The position numbers were made by a program, and so were the translations under genes. Shown one piece after another: positions 23,701-38,700 of a DNA stretch of 64,000 bases. Position 1 is the stretch's first letter, and each line of letters opens with the position of its first letter. The notes beneath the pieces were generated by a model that was not told the DNA's origin, did no database searches, and saw only the letters and a program-made list of their open reading frames with translations. Location of the stretch: the NCBI GenBank assembly GCA_037379345.1, contig CM074511.1, positions 46,196,862-46,260,861 on the forward strand, in the 5' to 3' direction. The stretch comes from Perna viridis (Eukaryota).

Positions 23701-26700
23701 TAGCTCAACTGGGCGTTGGCCAGGTGAGCTCATAAAGGAAATTGTATATTGTATTACTACAGCTCTCACTAAAATCATGTCTATAGACATACATTCACAA
23801 GTTCAATTAGCTAGTCCAACCAAATTTTGCATTAATTATTCAATGTTACTGTGTATTACAATATCAGTCTAGCATTTCCTCAAGCACATTTCTGCAAGGC
23901 TCAAATAAAATGTTTTCATTTCACAATAATAACCAGAATGATATATTTGGATAATATGATCAATTTAATCTGAGGATTTCCAATACTATTATTAATATGG
24001 CAGCATGTTATAGATATCAATATTTACACATTGATTAATGTCTTATTACTCCATGGTATTACAGCTGTTCACAGTGCAAAGGTTGTGATCAACAAATATT
24101 CCATTACAGAGGGATCTTTATGTGTTATAATCAATTTTTCGGAACAAAAAATACGTTTCAATAGTTCTACTACAAAAACTTAAGAAATGTACATCTCCCT
24201 ACAATCCACATCCATCACATAAAGCATTGGCATATCCAGATGGGACACAGGGGGTTGGCACCCTTCCTTTTTATTGGAAAATTTGTCATTTTTATGTGTA
24301 AAATAGACAAAAAAAATGGTAAATAATGTCTTAGCACCCCCTTTTTTCTAAGTAACCCTGGCTGGCACCCTTCCTTTTCTAAGTGTCCGGATCTGCCTCT
24401 GTAATGTTATATCCGAATTAATTGAACAGTTGAGGTGGAGGTGCATTACAAGATCCATGAAAGAACAAAATGACAGACAGACAGACATGATGATTCATGT
24501 ATATACCCAAACCTTATTCACAGTTTATATAAATATATGTTACACTGTGGCCATACCTTGGATGCAAAACCACTCATTGAAGAGCCGACGTCATTCATTA
24601 AAGACCCTTCCTTCACCTAAAACACATATAATACTGCATTTAAATCAATGAATTTGTATAGATCAAAAACAATCTGAAACTTCATCCATAACCAAACAAA
24701 TAAGAGCATTCATAATATACAAGGGAGACAGATCACCAATACACAAATTACATCAGAAAATACTGTAACAAAAATTCAAGCAAAGTTAAACATGCATCTA
24801 TCTAATTATACAACATCATAAAAAAGTCATGCAAAATACCATAAAATATTTTTGTTCATCAAGTTTAAAAAGTTTAAAAATTATCCCCTGAATGCCATGT
24901 ACCTGCACCTATAACTCTGTAAAGGTTACTTCATAATTTGGTGAGAAGGAAACGAAAGAGGATCTTTTAATAAATGTTTTAAAAAGATGTCCTTCAAAGA
25001 AAATTTCACTATAATTTTATAATTAAATCTCTCCTATAGCTTCTCTGGAAATGATTAAATGTCAGTCTCTGTAAGAATCAGGGAGTGGGTATGAAAAGAC
25101 CCTCATTTTGATAGTGTAATTTGACTACTTGCACCATCAGAATCAGGGAAAAAAGGCAATATTTTCCATATCATGTTGGTGCATTGAATTATAATTTCAA
25201 TGAAATACACTGAAAAAATGAACATTTCAAGGACAGATAACTCTGTCAAAAACCTCATTTTCCTAACATTCTACTGAAAAATTTCTGAGCAAAGCCAGTG
25301 ATGCAGAGACCAAATAATTGTCTTTTAAAATAGAGAATGTATCCTTGAGTGATATAACATTGTCAGATCGATGGGGTTTTGACATTTATGTTTCTGATTT
25401 TTCCCATTTTGTCTGATTCTTACAAACACTTACATTAAAGCATTATTGGTAACTTGTGATGTCATGGAATATTGGAAACACTTTACATACAATGTTTTAC
25501 ATGAACACACTAAAAGGTAAATACTGAAAAAAAGAAATACCACAAAATACTATTATACAAGTAAAAATTCTGTAAAATTCATCTTTAATTCGCCATAAGT
25601 ATGTAATAATAGCTGATATAATGACATGACAGGAATGACTGTTTACAGCTGACAACCTTTACGTTATTGTATCTATGCAGATACTTACTTTATTTGCCAA
25701 CCCTGACATTGATGATTGTATACCATCAAGTAAAGTTCCTTCTTGAACCTAAACAAGGCAAAATCATACACATTTCATCCAAATATAGATGCATTTAAAA
25801 GAAAATTCCATTACAGTGGATTTTTTTGTTAATTTTGATACATTGTACACGAAAAGCAGAATATGTGAAATCTACTACAAAATTACAACACCAAGGGATG
25901 GGATAGCATGCACTACAACATACAGACTGTCACCAAGTTTACATTGAAGTTTCTTTAATCATATAATATTATAATCGCTAGTTGATGTATAATATTTACA
26001 ATTTTACAATTTCTCAAACTTTTCCGTAATCATTTACAGGGAAGGGTCTAATATTTCCAAAAAAATTGCAATTGTTTCTTTTAGGGAAAATCTAATACAT
26101 ATCTGGATAAAAATACCACTATGAATTACAATATTAACAGGAGTAGGTGGTTAGGTGTCAGACTCCTAAGCTTATCAAAAACACTAAAAACTTGTATACA
26201 TAAGAGAATTAAGTTTCTATATTGGTCCACCTTAAAATAAGTTCTGAAGTAATTATCAAGTTATAAACAGTAACCTCAGGATTACAGTAAATCTAGTCAG
26301 TAAACTGTGACATTACCTTATCCTTAGTTGGTTTAATAACACTTTCATTGACAGTTGTGCCCAATTCTTTTGTCTTTTTAGAAGCTGCAGTGGCTACCTT
26401 TGCAGCCTACAAAAATCAGGAAAAAAGTATATAATCCTTATTATTGCCTTTAACATGAATAATAACATTCAAATCAGCATGTGTAAATAACACTATTTAT
26501 CACTATTCTATATTACCATGACATTCAATTTCTCCATCACTCACTGTCATCAACTATTATGTTGTGAAATTAAATTAACACCTAAAATGTTAGAAAATAG
26601 AACACTGTAGGTAAAATACTCATGTATTTCATTTACAGTATATATACTTTATATTACCACACTAAGAGATTACAGATTATCTCTCTAGACACATCATAGT

Positions 26701-29700
26701 TATAATGCTTTATTCTTGCAAACCTCATGTAAAACTATAAAGGGTAGATTTAATCCCCACTTTAATGACACAGGCCATCCAGCTTTTCATGGAAAATACC
26801 ACAACAGGATTAATTTAATATATGTATGCATTTTGTGTATTGGATTTTTCCTAATCCAGCTAATATTGTCACTTATTTATCCTCATGGCCTTTGTATGCT
26901 AATTAACTTACCATGGGGTATGCATTTATCACATCTTTATAGAATTGGGAAATGTCATTAAAATACACTGTTTGATCTTTCCTTGCTTTATTTTAAATTA
27001 AGAAATCTGATAGTAATAAACTCTTATTAAAAGTCAAATGAGTTTGCAGGGAAATTTCTTGCCAAAGCAGTCAGTGCTTTTCAAGGGTTTTCTGTAAAAA
27101 TGTACTCTCACTCATCACAGACATGAGGCAATTGTCTTTGATGGGCTTAATATCTAAGGCTGGCAAAAATATGTTACAGCATGCATGATGCAACAACTTT
27201 CCTTTGCATTACAAAATGAAAAAAATTATATTCGTACATCTCCATATAGCGATCTAACACTGCAAAAATGTTCATCAGAATCCAACAACTAACACAGGAC
27301 AAAATGTGTAACAGTAAACTGAAAATAGCCTAAGTCCATAGCTACATCTGTTACCAAAATCGATTAAACTGACAGACATACTAAATCCAGCATACCAGTA
27401 ACCCTCTAACTTACCTTATAATATTTGTAATAATAGAGGCAGTAATTTCAAAAAGCTATTCATATTATTTAAGAGAAATAACAGCATCAAACTAAATGAT
27501 CTGGTGATCCCCACATTAACAAGATTGTTATGTGTAGCCCTATGTCCCCCACCGCCACAAAAAAGTTATAGTGCATAAGCCCAATAACTTCTGTAATATT
27601 TAAAATTTGTTGAAACAAAATTGTGGGGCATTTGATCAATAACAATCCTACAAAATCTGTTCAGCGGTCTCCACGAAATTGCGTCCATAAAGTGTTCCTA
27701 TATTAATAAAGAGCTGCACTTTAAACGCATGATACGCCCATTGCCCTTTTTACTTGTACTTATGCTGTTAATGAAGTTATATGATAAACTAGAAATAATG
27801 TGAGCCCTGTCAAATACCCTCCCCCCATCATCCCCCCTCCTAAAAATAAAAAATGCACAAAAAATTTGGCACTATCATAACAAATGGTCTGTTTTGAAAG
27901 ATTTTTCAATGAATAAATTTCCTTGGCCGTTACTACCGTTTTTTAAAGAGTAAAACTTCATAACACCGAAACGTAAAATTTGTTATTTATACAAATCGGA
28001 CTGGAGCTTACTTAAATATATAAGAACAATTCACCAAAGTTTCATAAAAGTTAGTGAAAGTGCTTTTGAGTTATTGTGCAAAAAACTTGAAAATCCCCCT
28101 TTTTTAAGTATAAAAAATTCATAACAAACGAAAAATCTGAAATTTATAAAAAATTTAAAGGGAGCTTACCTCAATAAATATGAACAATTCACCGAAGTTT
28201 CGTAAAGTTGGTGAAAGCGTTTTTGAGTTATTGTCCGAAGTGTTGACGACAGACGGACATCGGTATACCATAATACGTCTTGCCTTAGACAGCATAAAAA
28301 ATACGGCGTTAAGATATGACCAACTACATATTGTGACTGACAATCCCACCAAGTTTTAACAATACCCATTCCGTGGTCTCTGAGTAGTGGTTCAGAAAGT
28401 GTTCCTATAGTGAATTAAGGAAAAAAATCAACAATGTCCCATAACTCCCATAAAATATGCCAGATCAAAATGATGGTTGAATATGATCAACTACATATAG
28501 TAACTTACAAGCCTACAAAGTTTGATAAAAAAAAATCCACTCAGCTGTCTCTGAGTAGTTGCATCCACAAGGTTTAGACGGATGGACCTATGGACACCGG
28601 TATTTCTAAGTCAATCTAAGTGATTCTATTACATCATCTGGAATCCAAAAGTTTGACAAAGGGAGAAAGGGACAGTCAGACATGAGTACTGTACATCAAG
28701 CAGGGTATAATTTGGTACCTACATGTCAAATAATACCTACTCTGCAGTGTACAATTGGGATTCACAGATAACAAAATTAACACCATCAACATCATAAATA
28801 GGTATTAGGAAGATACCCCAATCTTTCATAATGAGAAAATACAGTACCCACCTAATGTAACTATTACGCAATAAGAAAGCTCATATTTAATGTCATTTTT
28901 CAGTTGCACTTTGCAGAGTAAACATTTCAGTGTTACAAGGCAAATTATAAACTGATGAATGCTTATTTCACCGAAGATTGATGATCTTTGTGGGATGGAG
29001 TCAAGCTTTTAAAGTTTGAAATTATCAAAAGCTTGTATAACAGGTCATGCTGAGGAAATTAATATTATCTTAATCAAATAAGAAATAAAAAAAGACAGCC
29101 ATGGTCACAATGGAGTTTTTTTCTTCTACTTATTCTATGAAGTACTATATTGTAAACTATGTTTTGTAGGGCTTTATCTGTAAGACACCGGGTCATGTAT
29201 ATAGTCATTTCACTTTAAAAATAAGTTTTTATGTACCATTCTGTGCAAGAATCAGGCAATGTGTGGCACATAATTACTGGGGAGGTATTCTCAAATTGGT
29301 CTTTTTTTGCCTTCAATCACTGGCAATATAAATACAAAGACTCAACTAGGAAAAAAAACATGTGAAAGCAGTAGATTTCATGCTTCTGTCAAGTCAGAAG
29401 TCAAGTATGAAATCAATATCTTCACACATGTAAACTGCAAGTTTTTTCTCTATCAGTATCAATATACACAGCAAATGAATTAAGCCAAAAATATAAACAA
29501 CTGAAATATTCAAAAAATGCAACCTGTTACAAAGTATGAAGATTAACTGTAGAAAATAATGTAATAAGCTATATAAATCACATTACTTAATATATTACAA
29601 GCAAATAAACAAACATGTTAAGCAAATCATGAATACTGGTATAAAGAATGGACAAATCTCTGTTGTGTCCTATTAAAATCAACACCCTTTTAATAAGGAC

Positions 29701-32700
29701 TCAATACAAAGCTTTAAAAACTATCGCTATTTTCAACAAGAAAAAAAATCAATTAAAATCAAATTATGCTGAAATTCTAAAAATATTAACTGATTAACTG
29801 AGTCAAAACAAAATACAAAGCAGCAAGCAACTTACTGTCCTATAAACTTAAGACAATATTAACCTCTTTTTTGCCTATCTGCTGGTAGTGATGTTTCATT
29901 GATGATAAATCCAATACATTAATCAATTTCAAAAGAAATATTTTCCTATGATGATGGAGAGCTACGATTACAGGCCACTGTATGGACACAATACAAAGTA
30001 TGTACAGCAGTGTAACATCTGTCACAAGCAGCTAACGAAAAATGTAAAGAGAGAGGATGACTAATGTCTTTATTAGATCACAAAATCAATACTTTCTAAA
30101 TGACTCTGTCTGCACTTTATCTCGGAAGATAAGACCTTAATAAATGTGAAAAGGAACTAAGAGATTGACAATTTGTCTTTATAAAGACAATGTTAAGACA
30201 ATGGTGTCAAATATTGTGTGAATTTATGAGCTAAGGAAATGTTATGTATCCAGAAGTAAAATGAAAAGACTAGTATACTTGGAGGATAATAAATGGATTC
30301 TAGGAAGTCTCATTAACCATTCTATAAGTTCTTATTAACCAACATAACCCATATCCATAGACAGGGGGTAAGGGGGAGAGAGTTGACAAATCCACTTTGG
30401 AGTCAAAAACATGTTAAAAACTATTAAAAATTAGCTTAAAATTGGGAAGAAACAAGAAAGTCTGGAAAATTTTGTCCAAATCCCCCCAACCACCTTCAAA
30501 CATTTCAAGCTACTGGCCTGTTACACTATTCAGATTTACACACCAGAATTTATCAAGATTACCTTGAAATACTAAATTAAAATATAGAAGCTTTAAGTTC
30601 ATTACTTTGTCCGAATGTTCATCTTTTTTTTTTGTTATTGTGCATCACACAGAATAATTTTCAGCAATTATTTCGAAGAAGAAAACAATCAAATGTGATG
30701 GAACAAAACTTAAAAAAGGAAAGAACATGGAAAGACATACTCTCTAATAGTAGTAACAACAAAATCTATTGTCTATCTAGGTACATGTATGTATTTATTT
30801 TACTGTAGATACAAAGCATACCAGAAGGCTTTCAAAGGTTATAGTAATTAATTTTTTTGGGTTAAAAATTATCATGAGTATGTGTGTAATTCAATGTAAG
30901 GTCAAGACCCAAAAAGAACTGGCTAATAATCAAAAGTATTCAAATAAATGACCTTTAAACATAGCGACTATTCAGTGTTCTAGGATTCCTACTTCCCATT
31001 ACCTGTGCAAGTGAAATTTACGTCAGGGAAAGTTAGGTACTTAGTTACACTTTCCTGTGGCAAGTTGAAAACTTCATATGCTGTAAGGATTTGTTTTGTT
31101 AGGAAAGCAGTCATTAACTGTGGGAAAGTTGATTTTATATGGATTTTTCCCCGAGGAAACCTGAATTTCTGAAAAAATCCTAGAACACTGCTATTGACCT
31201 TCAAGGCCTGAAAAATTGCAGCAGAAACAAACTGAAATTATTCTGCAGACCATTCCATTAATATTAATAGGTATCATAGCATATCATTTATGGTATCAAT
31301 TGGGAATATTCTCCTTTACTGCCATTAATAAATATGTAATCAATAATAGAGAATTACACATGTTCTACTGAATTAGGCATCTTAATTTTTTATAGCTTTA
31401 TACTATATGACATGTATAAAATTCTCTTTACTATTAACATTAACTTGTTGTAAATTACTTATTTTAAATGTATGAATATCAGTGCAATGTCTTTCAAACC
31501 AACAGGATGAGGATAAATCCCTGTGAAAAATGTGTTGTTTCTCTTCTTGGTAGACAATCACTACTAAAACCACATCAAACTGTGACCATGTCCTCATTTG
31601 GAACATATAAAATAATGTGTTTTCACTGATTTTATTTTTGTTACCCTCTGAGGGCTCTGACCTGTTTTCAAAGGTTATTTTATGTTCATAGCACTTTTTA
31701 CTGACTCACCTGTTTTGATTTAGAAGTAAACTAATTCCACCAGATATACTATGAGAAATCACACAAAAAGGAAGCATTTTGTTTCACTCAGACTTAAATT
31801 ATATAAAACCAGGAGACAAGATAATTTCAAACCCACAGGATCAGACAACAACATTTTTTTTCTTTTTGGCGCACCTACATATGATGTCTAACCTTACTAT
31901 AATGATACTCTTATATGACCATATAATTTTTGGGGTCATATGAAAAAAAATTAATTGTAACATTTGAAGCAGTTAAAGAGGAATGGACTATCGAGCACAA
32001 GATGCATGTACCAAAATCTTTTATTTAGATAATCTCCCCTAAAAGATTTTGAGCAGTTGTCATCTTCCACATTAATAAATACATGATACCTAACTTTCCT
32101 ATAAATCTAACAACTGATTTACTAGCAGTAGTAATTATAAAATGTGAAAATGCAATTGTTTCACTGACAACTTCTAATGTTTCCATTACTTTACGTGATA
32201 AATAATGCATTTTCAAAATTGCATGCAGTGTGAATTCTAACAATGAATGGTTTCTAAAATATACACATCATTGCAAAGCTTAGAAAATAAAGATTTCAAA
32301 TTTATAATAGTAATGCAAAAAACTAGTTAACATTAAGATAGAAACAATCACTGAGACCATGCTTAAGCCTAAATAAGGTGAATTATGAACATTATGGAGG
32401 ATCAAAATTATACAGACTAAAGCTGATCTATCATAATGCTTACACCAAAGGACAATAAAGTTACAGCCCAAACACAAATCTGTATCACAAAATTATTAAT
32501 TGGACCTTAAGGTCAAAGTTCAAGGTCAAATATCATCAAACATGGTATGTATTACATCATATTTAGCTAATCCACTCCCATGCCAAATTTCAAAAGCATA
32601 TACCAAAAGACAATAATGTTACAGCTTAGACATGACATGATGTGTTATGAAATGGATGAAGGGACTAACAGAGAGCATACACTACATAGTGATGGGGCCC

Positions 32701-35700
32701 TAATAACCCACACAACTCTATGACAGACATGCAACTATTTTGATCAGATATTTCAAATAAGCACAAAAGTTTCCAATGTAGAATTGATATAACTGAAGTC
32801 AGTGACTAAGTGGAAATACATTTGTAAAATTGAAAGACACGCCAAGTTGATTCAAACTGAAAATCAAAAGAGAAACTGCTCATCAGCATTACCTAACAAT
32901 CATTTCTAGAAAAAAAAGAATCCATTTCTTTTACATTAAAGAACTGTAGATACAAATATAAAATTATATGTGTTGTCCTTTCAGTCATACAAAGACTCCA
33001 ATATGAAGTTGACATCTTACACCATACCAAATATAAATTTAATCTGTCAAGTGGGAGCTGAGATTTTTATGAAGAAATTTTTCTGTATCATTCCAAATAG
33101 TGAAAAATTGGAAAGTCCCAAAAAAGGATGTTAACATCAGCCATCAACCAAAATTGCTAACAATGTACTCCCTACTTTTATTAACCAACATACCACATTT
33201 CAAATCAATCTGTGCAGTGGAAGCTGAAAAATTTTGAAAATTTTGACGGACGACTGAACAGCCTGACAAGTTGTTTTCAATATACCAACCACTTGTTGAG
33301 TTGGAATATATTATGGTAACCCCTACCATTCATATAGGCTAGTGTCCAATTTTTTATCTAAATTGAAACCCCTAATCTATTCAAATCAAATTCAATAAAA
33401 TGCTTCAAGGAGAGCAGCATGATATAACTGCAGCCAGTTGAACACTGTTTACTTCAGAACAAATGTAAACACAATTTTAGTTTAAAACACACATAGGGAC
33501 TTACAATTCATTATTGTCACACCAATTGGTTTGGATAAAACATTGCATAATATTATGAAATTCAAAACATGTAAAAAGTCCTGCTTACAGAATGTTTTCA
33601 TGACTCTCTTTGTATCCCATTATCTCAAAACAGATGACAGAGTAAATTTGCTGCATACTTCCCTTGTTAATTGGAACAGATAACAAAAACAATTAAAATT
33701 AGGTAAATAATTTAAAAAAAAACTGCATTTCAAAAAAATGATGTTAGCAGCACCTTTGACCCCTTTTTACCAATAAAAACCTGATGAGAAATATTCCAAT
33801 ACAGATTGAAAAATGCAGGTATGGACTTCCAGAAAGAATTTAAAAAATTCAAAATTGAACCCAAAAAAATTTGATTTTTTTTTTTTGGTATGTGATCCTC
33901 TTGGTTTCTTATAACTGGAAAACCATTGGAGATATCAGAAATTTGAAAATGTGGGCAGGGATTTTCATAAGAAATCTAAGAAAAAATAGATTTTTTTCAA
34001 AATCGGACCAAAAATAAACTAGAGGCTCTAAAGAGTTTTTTTTTAGTAACAGCTGCCATTTTTTTTCAAGAAAAATCCCCATACCAAGTTTGGCTCTAAT
34101 GAGTAAAGAAGTATCAGAGGAGATTGCTAACAATGACTGACAAGGACAATACCAAGTGATGGCAACAGCTCATATGGCCCTATGGGCAAGGTGGGCTAAA
34201 AAGTTTATTTTTAGAATGTGGCCCCACTATGGTTTTATGCTATTTAAAATTTGTTAAATATTCATAAAGTAGAATTTCAGAAGAAGCAAATTAAAACAAA
34301 GAATTGTCCAAATAGAATGAGAAATAAACCCTCTACATTAATTTTAAATAAACACCTATATAACCATTTGGCCCTGGCAGGAGCCAATGACCCCATTTTC
34401 AATAGCATGTTTACTCAAGCAGCAAGTAACAATACATCAAAATTTCCAGACATCTGGTTCACAACAACTTAAAGTTATCACATGTAAACAAAAACGTTAA
34501 CAATGACGATGGCAAGCATCACAACATGATACGACTGCATTTTTTGCAGTCCTATAAAAATCAAAAGAGCTGATGCATAATGAAAATACCTAGTAATTAT
34601 TTCTAGAAAGTTTTATAAAAATTATATGGAGAGGTTTATGAAGAGTTTTTGGACATAAAATGGGTACCCCTACTATCCATCTAAGTTAACAGCCGGTTTT
34701 GCTAATGCAATCCCCATTTTCATTCTATGAACATAATAGAAGTAAAAAAAAAGCAATATCAGTCTGAAAGCGAAATACTGAGGAAAAACATGAGACAAAA
34801 CAATTTATAGTTCAAATAAGACTTCATTTGCCATAAGTCAACAGTTCTTAGAAAAAACATTTATCATGTCAAAAATTATGATGAGAAATGATACCTACAA
34901 CTAAGAATGCAAGTGCGATTTTCACACCAAGAAGTTGTAAATAAATAGGTTAATGAGAGACAACAAACCATAGAATACATCAGCACACTATGATCAATTC
35001 TGATCAATAGGCTCTTAGGAAAAATGTAGAAAAAATATAATTGAACAACTGGGATTTTCACTAAGTAAACATTCCTCCAAACAGGAAGTATGCCTTATGG
35101 AATGAATCCATTTATCATTATAAATGACAAACAAATGCCATGCATAAGCAAGATATTGAGCATGGAATTAGTCTGTTTAAAGATGCTGAGATATAGCATC
35201 AACAGAAAGAGTGAGCTCAAAATTACTGAATATGTGAGAAACACATGATGTAAAAACAAAACATAATTTGGGAAAAAAAGCTCAGCAAAGTGCTATAGAC
35301 AAAGGTATGATCATGTAAAATGCAGCCTCATAACTCATAAACCTTTTTGTTTTATATAGAAAACCCTTCACCTATAAATATTCTTTATCTTGTTTTTTTA
35401 AGTTTTATACAGGGTTACAATATACTGGCACATTTAATTACCTTGTAATAATATATACTTAAATGAAACTCATGAATAATTATGACCATTTTGAACCTTG
35501 GCCTTGATATCTAACTCCGAGGATATAAATCAAACTCAAAAGTCTCCACCAATAACAATGTACATGAATTCACACTTGTCATTTTTTTCCCAAATGAACC
35601 TCATAATGTCTCCTAATGACCTTTCATTGTCAGAGAAGCAATGTAACTTCCATTATGATGTCATTGATCTTTCGGCTGAAGGAAAGTTCAGCAAGAAAAA

Positions 35701-38700
35701 TAACAGGAAAATTTTTAGTTTTCCATAGTGGCCATTGACATCTACAGAAAATACTGGTATTTTGAAGGGAGTTTAACAAAATGTCATCAACACCAAAACT
35801 ATAACTATAAATCACATGAATCATATATATCAATTTATATAAAGAATTGGTCGAAAGCAGACTAAAAGACAATTAAAAGTACCTAAAAATCAAGCCAGTT
35901 AGCACAGAGATAAGGTGTGTATCCCACATGGTTAAATGGGATTGTCAGGCCATTAGAGGAAAATGTAACCATGTACCACAGCAAGACATGTGGAAAGTGA
36001 AATGCTTGATGCAAGTATCAGACAAAATCTTCAGAATTCTTCCAGAGAAAGGGAGATAACTACCCATACCTATTCCTACCATCTTTTGCTGACAGTTATA
36101 TTATGTCTTGTTTCCTTAATATCTTTAATATTCGTTTCTTTGTGTTCAATGGATGATTAGCAATAATGAATAAAAAGTAATTCAACCTCTACAAATTCAT
36201 TGTTATTAAGTGTTTTTACTCAAATAAAAAGAAAAGTGATTACTTACCTTCTCAGAGGCAGCAGAAGCAAATTTAGTTGCTCCAAGTGCAAATGTAGACC
36301 AGCCCTGCAATGAAATATCAATACAATCAAAGAAATAAACTATCACTTATACTAACTGCCTTATTCATAACAATTTCATATTACATTAATTCTTGATGTT
36401 GTTGAGACAACGAATATTTGACTTGTTATGTAATTTGATATTAAGACATAATAAATGGTTAATCCTTTAAAATTCATATTATGGGTATTGGTTATCATTT
36501 TTTTCTAGAAATGAAATAGCATGACACCCCTGTTTGATTTTTTTCCTAAAAAAACATAATCAGATATATTATAGGCATGTTCTGGAAAGAACTAATTTTA
36601 CAATTTGCCCATCTTGCCAGCATTCAATTAAAACATGATCACTTTAAATACATATGTCTATGATACAAGATCACTTACAGAACTCAATGAAGATAATGTA
36701 CTGTCAAAGAAATCATCTTCCTTTTGAGGCATTGGGCTACTACCAAATCCTACATACTTCCCTCCTTGGCTTGGGGGTAAATTTCTGAAAATATCAACAA
36801 TAAATTTGCAGCAACATTTATAGATTCAACTGTTTTTTTATCCGGTCACAATGAACACTCACAAAAAATCTTAAAAGGCTAGTTCAGCTAGGTTGAAGTC
36901 ACGAGTTAGCTAAATGTATAAATCTTAGTGAAGACTTGAATACTCTGCACACCTTCATACTAACATTGTAACAGATTTCCAATAAAGTCAATCAAATCCA
37001 AACTTTCATTGTTACTAACACTTCACCAAGGTTTGAAGACAATCTAACAAAAATGTAGGCTGTATCTCAGCAACAATAAAGCAAAAATTTATCTAATTTA
37101 TATCAAATATATACAAAAAGTGAAAATATATCAACATTTTGCATCAAACATTTTATACTAAAATTTTTAATTCACTTTAAAAATACATACTCAGGTCTAC
37201 TTGCATTTTCTGCTTGCATCCTACTAAAGAAGTCTTCTTTCTGTTTCTTAAAACTATCACTGCAAAATTTGTTAAATGGATTAAAACAAAATCCTACAAT
37301 TTTTTTTTTTATTTTAGGTAATTTTTCAATGGAAAGAAAGAAAATTAGGTACTTATTTTACATGTTTTGACATATTCTTACTTCTAATACTTATAACTGA
37401 TCACTGTTTACTATGTGGATTACTATATATAAGATAACTGCTGCAGGAAGAAATTATTCAATATTTTCATAAAGGGGAAAAAATCAGCTGTTTTGTCACA
37501 AATGTTGATCTGGAAATATTCTTACACAATGAAATTTAAGGGTCCTTGAATACATGTACCTGTTTGTCAATTTATAGGATGAGTAATTTTATAGTGTGAT
37601 TTTATATTGTGTCAAAATGCTGACTGCTTATACAGGACAAAATGGAATACCCCATAAATACAACTGCATACTGTTTCACCAAACCAATCTGCTCAGTTTA
37701 CCTGACTTATAAAATTTAAAAGTGTCAAGATTCTATCATAATATTAAAAATTATACGTAGATAATGTAAGCCTACCTTTTAATGTCTATATTTCCATCTT
37801 GATAACTGTTTAAATTGCTATCAGAATAATTTCTATTAAAATTTTCTGATGACGAGGTTTTACTAAAACTAGAGGATGTTTTCAGACCAGCTGATGGTTT
37901 AAAAGGGACATAATTCCTAGCAGATGATGTTTCTATACTCCATGGTTTTCCTTCAGCTTCCGTTGATATCTAAAATGAAAAAAATATCAAAGCATTTTAA
38001 ATCATAATAACTATTTATAATGTTGGTCATGGTATATTGTCCTTTACCTGTGCGGCAATATACCTTCACCTCCTGCATATGGTGATTTCACAATTGATTT
38101 GCTAAGCTAGAGCAAGTACTAACTACTCTAATTTCTCTGAACACCCTAAATATCTGGATAACAGACTCCTGAATCAGGGGTATGAGGAAATGCATCTCGA
38201 AATAAATATCAGACCTGGTTGAAAAATACTCAGATTCTTCTCGGTTTTCGTAATTTGTTCTTTGTACTGATGTGACCACTGATTTACCAATTAGGATGCA
38301 ATTTAATCACCACTAGTATATTCTAGAGGGAGGTTTAGCATGCTGTAAAACCTTGATTTAACCCACCATTTCGTTTGAAATGTCTGTACCAAGTCAGAAC
38401 CAATGCGGTACCAGCTGCTCCGGTGGTGTAATATCTATGCCAGTTTTATTTTGGACTTGACTGCATGTACAATTAGTTCATCAACTTCCTATACATAAAT
38501 TTGTCCCATTCCAAGCCAGTGATTAAAATAGCACATTACTTTTTGGTGATTTACATTTTACATTATCTACAGATTTCATGGGAGGAACCAACTCTCCGTC
38601 AGCCCATTGATGATTTAAACTATCTTTTCTCACAATGGTAAAGCTCACATAATGCAAATCTTAATTTTACCATTTTGAATGGATAAACAATTTAAACCAC

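Noticed and set aside
22569-23872. Several 60-107-aa ORFs
   Set aside because: They fall within non-coding HINE-like repeats; no Rep/helicase or other motif is visible.
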